In this document: piece after piece, positions 54,301 to 64,000 of the stretch
Layout of the letters: every line of letters begins with the position of its first letter
Numbering within the stretch: position 1 is the stretch's first letter
Assembly (NCBI GenBank): GCA_964016885.1
Contig: OZ024745.1
Coordinates: 119,474,001 to 119,538,000, forward strand
Direction: 5' to 3'
DNA from: Eledone cirrhosa
Lineage: Eukaryota
Length of the DNA stretch: 64,000 nt
Made by a program: the position numbers and the translations under genes
Notes under the pieces: generated by a model
The model's database searches: none
The model's input: only the letters and a program-made list of their open reading frames with translations
Told to the model about the DNA's origin: nothing

Positions 54301-55500
54301 GTCCTGGACTACCAACGTACCGTCCGGGTCTCTGAAGATCGACCTTACCTCGAGATCGAGGCCTTTCATAAACAGCACTGCCACCCACTTACCATTCTCG
54401 GGTAACTAAGAGATGCAAATATGTGAAAGTTGTCGAAGACGGGGGATAGTGCGCGCGTGTCGAAAATCCAGGTCCCACTGACAGCAGTCATATCTATATC
54501 TAGCGACCTGAGGTCGTTAAACAGTCGACCCTGCTTCTAGGACGACCCCAGGCCATGTACATTTAAACATCCTATACTTTTTATTGCCATGTTGGCAGGC
54601 TAAAGCAGAGAGAGGAAATGTTTACTTACCTCCCGGCGGCCTATGTAGGTCGGGTGGTTTGGCCTCTATTTGTAGTTGAATGGAGAACCCTTTTAAAAGC
54701 CTACTCTAGGTGTTTACAATAGGGGGTGCACGTCGTAGGGGAATCTCACTCTAATGTTATTTTACGTTTCTAGTGGAATCCGTACCATCAAAAGTTTTGG
54801 GGGCATTTTGAAGGTGCAGGTGCCGAAAATCTTCCCCTTTTTTCTCAATGTTTTGGCTTTGTGTTGCGAGAGCCATTATATCCCGCCGAGGTTTACTTTG
54901 CCTTTCATCCTTACGGGATCGATAAAATAAAGTACCAGTAATGCACTGGTTAATTGCTGACCTTGTGCCTAAAGTAGAAACAATTATTCCTTGTTAAATT
55001 TTCTCAGCAACACGAAGGTCTATGTTTCCGTCTTTCTCTTTTTGTGTATGTTTTCGATTATATTTTTGCGGTTGTGTCGGTGTTGTTGTGTTGTTCATTG
55101 TGTTTTTACTGATGGTTGTGGCATTGGTGTTGTTGCAAGTGTGTCTGTGTTTGGTGTGGATATTTCTCTGCGCTTGTTGAAGCGTGTGAAGATATATTTT
55201 TCCTTTTGTGTTTTCGTTTTTGGTTCTTGTGTTTTTGGGGTTCCCTCTCAATTTTTTCTGAAATGTCCATTCCATAATAAACAATGTTTCGCGGCGAAAG
55301 ATTGTTGTTGTTGTTGCTGTTGCTGTTGTTGTTGTTGTTATAAATGATGTTGCTGTTGATGAGATTGATGCTGTTGCTGCTGGTACGGTGCCATTTCGGC
55401 TGCTGCTGTTGTTTCCGCTGCTGGTATAATGGCATTGTTGATGCTGCTGCTGTGCTGTTGATGATGATGATACTGTTGTTGCTGCTACTGCTTTTGTAGT
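51350..55500 (-). mobile_element. L1/Tx1-clade LINE, second diverged copy, decayed and rearranged
   Basis: Reverse ORF2 from 54590 MAIKSIGCLNVHGLG.., SDHKFV..GPGYWKLN, KVLAKRLA, MFGIW.G...VDKNW; colinear with 22830-24650; T/N/K-rich ORF1-like region 54990-55545. Confidence 0.8.
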
Positions 55501-56087
55501 TGCGGTTGGTAGTGGCTCAACGTCTGAAATGTCGAAAAGATGCACACTTTTCTCATGTGAAATTGTTGTGCTCTGGCAGAAGAAAGGGGAGGGCGTGTTT
55601 TACCTCCATATTTCGTTTTGGACATTTCGAAAACATTTGGGAGCTTTTCAAAGAACAAAATACAATATTTTGGCAAATATGTTAGAATCAATAAGCCCTA
55701 CCAAAAATATATTTTCTTTATGTATTGTCCCTTCTTTATTAAACACTGGAACCTCGAGCGAAATATGTAACAAGTTGAAAAGTAGCCACAACATAACGCA
55801 GAGAGTTTATAACCCAAAATAAAAAAAGAATTTAAAAAATGAAAGGAAGAAAAAATAAACAAACAACAACAAAAGGAATAATGAGGCATGGAAGTAACAT
55901 ATAATTTGTTGATTATATTACATATGGTTTTATTATAAAAATAACGAAATGTAGATCAAGGAATCATAGATGTACTCATGTTAGTTCTTTGAACTTAAGA
56001 ACAAAGTGGTACGAAGACCGATGCGCGGAAAAAGGTACACATTTTGAAGCTCAAAGCCCGATACCCAACAAAAAGAAGATTCTAAAT

Positions 56088-56362
56088 TATGCATGAGCAA
56101 CCTTTATCGAGAAGCGAGCCGAATGAGATATTGCTCATCATCGGGCGGTAATTTACATTCGTGCCCACATTAAAAAAAGGGTGGTAACTCAGGTTGTTTT
56201 GATTTTTTTCTTCAAAATTCGTACACGTTTTCCCTGATCGTAAAACTGATAGAAAAATAAATTACGACTGAAAATTTGGAGTAAAAAAATCAGAAAGATT
56301 TCACTTAGGTGACTTAACGGGCCATTCAGGAAGCTTCGCGGGCCGCACGTTATCCATGACTT
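56088..56362. mobile_element. hAT-like MITE, copy 2
   Basis: Colinear with 50682-50971. Confidence 0.7.
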
Positions 56363-57179
56363 CTGTAAATGATGGGCTGAACAATACTCCCCAAGTGCCA
56401 CACATAAAATCAAATTGACACAAATGGACACGGGAAGAATATGCTTCGATTCTACATGCATAATTTACGGAAACACTAGACCCTAAAAAGGAAAACACAA
56501 CCACACCCACATATAAAATTTGGCATAAAAAGAACCCACTCTCTGATTTAAAACTCGACCGAAACAAACTATCAATATTAAGAAGATACATATGAAAAAA
56601 AAAAAATAATAATAACAAACAAAAAAAAATATCAAACACGGAAATAGAGCACCTAATAGATAAAAATACACAAGGAAAACACAAATAACAAACACAAAAA
56701 AGCTAATGAACGTAAATCTATATCGACAGTATATCGACAAGATCCCAGACCTCATTCGCTTAACGAATGAGAGGGGCTCATCAAATCTGATGAGCCCCAC
56801 ACCATTGATCTTTCCAATTGCTAATATCTGTCGGTCGCAAATCCAGGCAGAACAAGTAACGCGATTTGAAGAATCTTGCTCAAGGACATAAAGCATCGGT
56901 TAATCCGGCAATGAAAATCACAACCTCATGATTGCGAGTCCAATTCTCTAACCACTCAGCCACGTGCTTTCCCTCGTAAATATATTGAGAATCTAAAACA
57001 TGAAAGAAGAAAAAAAAAGGAACAATATATCCAAAACAAATAAAGTTAACAAAGCACAATAAACCACAACACCAAAAGATGTACAGTGTATGAACCAGCA
57101 AAGACTGATTCAGGACAACAGACCAACAATACAATTGAAAGGAAACATGAGAAAGGGATAGAAAAATCCTAATGACAAA

Positions 57180-57660
57180 ACTCAAGACTACAATAGGATA
57201 AAGCTGGAAATAATTCAAGAACTTCAAACAATAAGAGATCGCCTAATGGACCAAACAATATACCTCCGAATAATAAAAATTAATAATAAAACAACAGTTA
57301 TACAAAACGTTAATCTAGTCATCACAGACTTAATGAACATGAATAAAAACATAAGTATCCCAACGCTAAATAATATAATATATGCAACAGCCGCTGTTGT
57401 TACAAAAGAACGATCTATACGAGTAAGATAAACGAAACCCACACAAGTATGGAGATCAAAGATACAAAAAAAAAAAAAAAAAGACCTTTTAACCTTAAAT
57501 GAAATAGGAATATAAAAACAACTATACCAGGATTAGAAAATAAAATAAAGACAATAAGGAAATATAACATAACAGAAAAGGAAATCTCGGAGACTAAGGA
57601 AAGCCGAAAGTAACAAATACTGGCAAAGGCTGCAAGAATCAGAAGACATGGAAAGCGCCA
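57180..57660 (+). pseudogene. R4/Dong-like ORF fragment (region upstream of RT)
   Basis: LNNIIYATAAVV..W.SKIQKK..DL..L..RKYNI..QILAKAARIRR.GKR. Confidence 0.6.
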
Positions 57661-58436
57661 ATATATGTGTGTGCTAGGTATTTCCGTAGAAAGTTAAAGG
57701 AAAGAAGAGTGCTCTATATGAGGTACAGAGCTATTTAATTACATAATAAACAACACAATATAATATAATTATTCCAAGAAACAAGACGATCCTTACAGAA
57801 ACGTCCAGCTCGTTCATCAGATGAAATAATTATTTTATATTTAGTTGTTTATTACATAATTTAATATATATATATGTATATATCAAGAAAAGAAAGAGAG
57901 ACCGTATCACATATTCAACATAGTGATACCGCCTCTCTTTTCTTTATATTGATATTCCCTCTGATACCATACACGTAATACATTGTGGCATATATGACGT
58001 CGAGTGCTTCCAGTTTATTTCAACATTATTCTGCGATTGTTGAATCAGCCAACACCGATTATCGTTACACACACATATATATATAAATCTATCTATCTAA
58101 GGCGGGTAAAATTCCCGAGATCCATGAACGAGTTCTCTCCAGCGGTCTGTATCCCTCATTATCGCTGCCATGGCAGCGATATATATATATATATAAAGAT
58201 ATATATATATATGTGTGTGTTATTTCGTATTCTTTTTATTACCGGGGCGACAGCACTATGAGCACTCAATGTAATTATTAAAGAGTGATTCCCAAGGAAG
58301 CGTGTTTTTCTCACCGTATCTAAGTGTTGTATGTTTTCTTTATTTCGCTGAGGTATATATTATCTCACACATAATATATATATATATATATCAATGATAT
58401 TAATAAATGGAAACTATATTTATAAAACTATATTTA

Positions 58437-58493
58437 TTCTATTATATATATTTCAAGGGTACCAAAACTTTGGTACGCCCTCATCAGATAAAA
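58437..58493 (-). ncRNA. Type-I hammerhead ribozyme motif
   Basis: Reverse: ttttat CTGATGA gggcgtaccaaagttttggtaccctt GAAA tatata TA atagaa; palindromic helix III; small fold-back just upstream at 58526-58563. Confidence 0.75.
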
Positions 58494-58799
58494 TATTGAC
58501 ATATCCAGGAAGGAGATCTTAACGGTTCAAGTTTTTCCTGGACTATCCAGGAAAAACTTGAACGTGGCGGGTGTTTTCGCGTATGCATGTGTATGTCCAT
58601 GTGTATGGATGTGTGAATGTATATATTTAATTATTGTTGATTTCAATAACCTCTGTAATTTATTTACATTATTCTTAACGCTGAAGCCGAGAATCATTCG
58701 GTTTCCTAAATAGAATATTAGTCTACCACTTCGTTTATACCATAAACGTGGTTTTGTCTTTGCGTGTAATTGTTCTCACTGCTCCAAATAATGACGTAT

Positions 58800-58983
58800 T
58801 ATACTCGTTTTTTTTTGTTCATTGCCAGGGAACATCTCCACGAACCAAAGTATCGTCTTCCTATCTTCCTTTGTTTTTCGAAATATTTACTTCTACGTTC
58901 ACAGATTGATTTTTTTAGTTTCAGAAGATACCGTTAAGGGTGAAAACGGCGATTCTTTACTTAAACTTTAATCTGTCATTTTA

Positions 58984-58985
<2 letters not shown>
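58800..58985 (+). mobile_element. Family C pLTR-like segment with a complete HHR-like motif, ending in (TA)n
   Basis: agttt CAGAAGA tacc gttaa gggt GAAA acggcgattctttac TT aaact (58917-58967). Confidence 0.7.
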
Positions 58986-59068
<83 letters not shown>

Positions 59069-59093
59069 AATATATATAAATATATATATATAA

Positions 59094-59212
<119 letters not shown>

Positions 59213-59227
59213 CATATATATATATAA

Positions 59228-59370
59228 GAGGAAGACCAAGGTTTAGTGTGTTGATGCCCTAAGGACAGACTATGGTCTGTTGGAGACGCAGGACATGGCA
59301 GCGATAATGAGGGACAGAGACCGCTGGAGAGAACTCGTCCATGGATCTCGGGAATTTTACCCGCCCTAGA
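59228..59370 (+). mobile_element. RTE-like LINE 3' end between (TA)n tracts
   Basis: Reverse-complement homolog of 3400-3555. Confidence 0.7.
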
Positions 59371-59545
59371 TATATATATATATATATATATAAATGTATG
59401 TGAGAAAAACCACAGACCTTCCATCTCAACTCTACTTTTAAAAAGCAGAAGAACTGCGAAACCGGTAAAGGAACCAAATAAATATATATATTTAAAAAAA
59501 AAGACTCCATTTGCATTTTCGATTTCATCTTTTTTCCTTATATAA

Positions 59546-59607
<62 letters not shown>

Positions 59608-59724
59608 ATTGAGTATAAAAGAAAAAAACGAACACAGATATATACATATATGTGTTCAAATCGCAAGGGACCAGATTCGCTAAGGTGAAAAGAATACTAA
59701 CTTTTGACAATAGGATTTGCCTGT

Positions 59725-59903
59725 CTAACTTGGAGGATTCTGAAGGGAGCTATTTCTTATCAGGGCAATATAAGTGAGTGCGGACCGTGTTCCCAAGAAA
59801 TTTGAGAAATTACTAAATCGAAGGACACTCTATTAAATAAAAGACAGGAATTAATTTTAGTTTGTAACCATAAAATTAGAAGGAAATTCAAATATTATAA
59901 ATA
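59725..59903 (+). pseudogene. C-terminus of a Penelope-like GIY-YIG ORF
   Basis: LTWRILKGAISYQGNISECGPCSQEI*EI..LLNKRQELILVCNHKIRRKF; aligns with 47045-47200. Not in the ORF track. Confidence 0.8.
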
Positions 59904-60440
59904 AAACTAAACGAATTTAGAAAATGGTATAAGTGAATAAACGTGTGCGTATATGTGTGTGCAAATATGTATAACTGTGTGTGTATATGTATGTATATGC
60001 ATGAATGTATGCCTATATATAAACATGTGTGAGTGTACATGTCTATATATTTTTATATTATATTATATATTTTTAGAATAAATTATTCCTCACAACAAAG
60101 AAATAACTAACTTTTTAAGATTGTTCTATTCCATTCTACTTGATGTAACACCCTAATCTCAGTACCCCTTTTCCTTCAACCGTATCTTCTTTGATCATCA
60201 ACACTTTTTTATATATTTTATATACAATATGTATAAATTCATTTACACTAGCAACTTTCATTTCTTTTCCTAAAAGACATTTTACACCTATTTATTCATC
60301 TACTTTGGCCTATTTATTCATCTACTACCACAAACCTTAAGGATCTATACTGCCACTTTCCATCCATGACATTGGTCAATTCCAACCTGGTTATAAAACC
60401 TTACTTATTCATATGTATGTTTTTTTGTATTCTTCTAAAC

Positions 60441-60589
60441 AAATCTCCTTATTTCTGAAGACAGCGGGTAGTGAGGACGTATGTATTTTTTCTTACTATG
60501 ATATTTTTTAATATGTTTTACATAGATCAATAATTGAATGAACATACGGGGAACTACCCCCCAGAAACGGTCGTAAAATAATGAGATTT
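60441..60589 (+). ncRNA. Hammerhead with 102-nt stem II in the pLTR downstream of the GIY-YIG fragment
   Basis: aaatctccttattt CTGAAGA ..gggtagt..cgtatgt...acatacg..actacccc.. GAAA cggtcg TA aaataatgagattt; stem I pairs 13 of 14. Confidence 0.8.
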
Positions 60590-60754
60590 ACTATGAATTA
60601 ACAGTTTTGTGTTTAATTTCATTGTTTTAACATTCCTACTTTGGTCTCTGTATCCAATTGAATTATATCGTTGAACATTTTTGTATTTTAAACTTTGCTT
60701 CACGACATTGAGTTCTTCATACGGGTTAGACCCTACCATTGAGTGGTAGATTTA

Positions 60755-60761
<7 letters not shown>

Positions 60762-60798
<37 letters not shown>

Positions 60799-60829
60799 AA
60801 TATATATATATATATATATATTTAAATAA

Positions 60830-60874
<45 letters not shown>

Positions 60875-60903
60875 AATAAATATATATATATATATATAAA
60901 TAA

Positions 60904-60962
<59 letters not shown>

Positions 60963-61093
60963 TATATATATTACATATATATAAATAAATATATATATAT
61001 TATATATATATAAATAAATATATATATATATATATATAAATAAATATATATATATATAAATAAATAAATAAATATATATATATAAATAAATAA

Positions 61094-61131
<38 letters not shown>

Positions 61132-61221
61132 TTATTATGTGTGGGATAATATGTATATTTTGGGCTAATGTATATATATACACATATATATGTATGTAAA
61201 AGGTAAACAGAAATAACGACA

Positions 61222-61264
<43 letters not shown>

Positions 61265-61265
61265 A
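60762..61265. repeat. (TA)n/(TAAA)n compound microsatellite
   Basis: Directly visible. Confidence 0.9.
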
Positions 61266-63194
<1,929 letters not shown>

Positions 63195-63630
63195 AGTTTA
63201 AAGAATAGAGGTGTAACACGCAAGTTATTATATATTGGTAAACGGAATAGAAAATGCTGACAAATTGTTCACAGTTGAAAAATGGTTTAATTAGGAATAA
63301 AAGAGTATTAGTGATTGTATGGGTTAGTATTCAGTTGTGGTTTTAAGTTTTTAAGTTTTTACCGGTTGCGCATTTCTAAATGCTTTTCAAAAATAATTTT
63401 GAGATAGAGTGTCCGTGCTGTTTGCTCAGATCAGAGCAAACAGCACGGACACTCTATCACAAAATTATTTTTGAAAAGCATTTAGAAATGCGCAACCGGT
63501 AAAAACTTAAAAACTTAAAACCACAACTGAATACTAACCCATACAATCACTAATACTCTTTTATTCCTAATTAAACCATTTTTCAACTGTGAACAATTTG
63601 TCAGCATTTTCTATTCCGTTTACCAATATA
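63195..63630 (-). mobile_element. Fold-back element K: 400-bp near-perfect spacerless palindrome plus short tail, (TA)n both sides
   Basis: Palindrome 63231-63630 centred 63430/63431 (tttgctcaga|tcagagcaaa), with about 2 mismatches. Confidence 0.88.
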
Positions 63631-63700
63631 TATATATATATACACATATATATGTATGTATATATATGTATATATATATATATACACATATATATGTATG

Positions 63701-63740
<40 letters not shown>

Positions 63741-63752
63741 CACATATATATG

Positions 63753-63800
<48 letters not shown>

Positions 63801-64000
63801 TATGTGTGTGTGTGTAAATATATATATATGTAAGTATATATATATATGTATTTATATATATATGTATATATATAATGTATATGTATATATATATATATAT
63901 ATATATGCGTATATGTATATATATGTATATATATATGTATATATATATGTATGTATATAGATATATAGATATATTTATGTATATGTGTGTGCATATATAC

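Noticed and set aside
54994-55545. Independent T/N/K-rich 183-aa gene
   Set aside because: Low-complexity ORF1-like region of the decayed L1/Tx1 copy, similar in composition to 22020-22500.

Overview
This is AT-rich, repeat-saturated animal genomic DNA. The SINE and LINE repertoire looks like a coleoid cephalopod (octopus-like), which is my inference from recalled repeat families. I can support no host protein-coding gene, and most ORFs in the track are translated microsatellites. The window is a mosaic of decayed mobile elements: RTE-, L1/Tx1-, CRE- and R4/Dong-clade non-LTR retrotransposon fragments, a frameshifted Penelope-like element (RT + GIY-YIG), a near-full-length DD34D mariner, MITEs, non-autonomous Helitrons and about 20 tRNA-derived SINE copies. 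The most striking unexplained structure is a set of at least 13 short non-coding fold-back (palindromic) units from about 10 unrelated sequence families, nearly all with (TA)n at both ends. Most have one long and one truncated arm, and most carry a type-I hammerhead ribozyme (HHR) motif reading outward from the hairpin apex. In several families the apex falls on the ribozyme itself (stem II loop, CUGANGA box or stem I). The same HHR type lies downstream of two Penelope-like GIY-YIG ORF ends in this window, which links the fold-backs to Penelope-like retrotransposition. Coordinates were counted by eye and may be off by a few bases.
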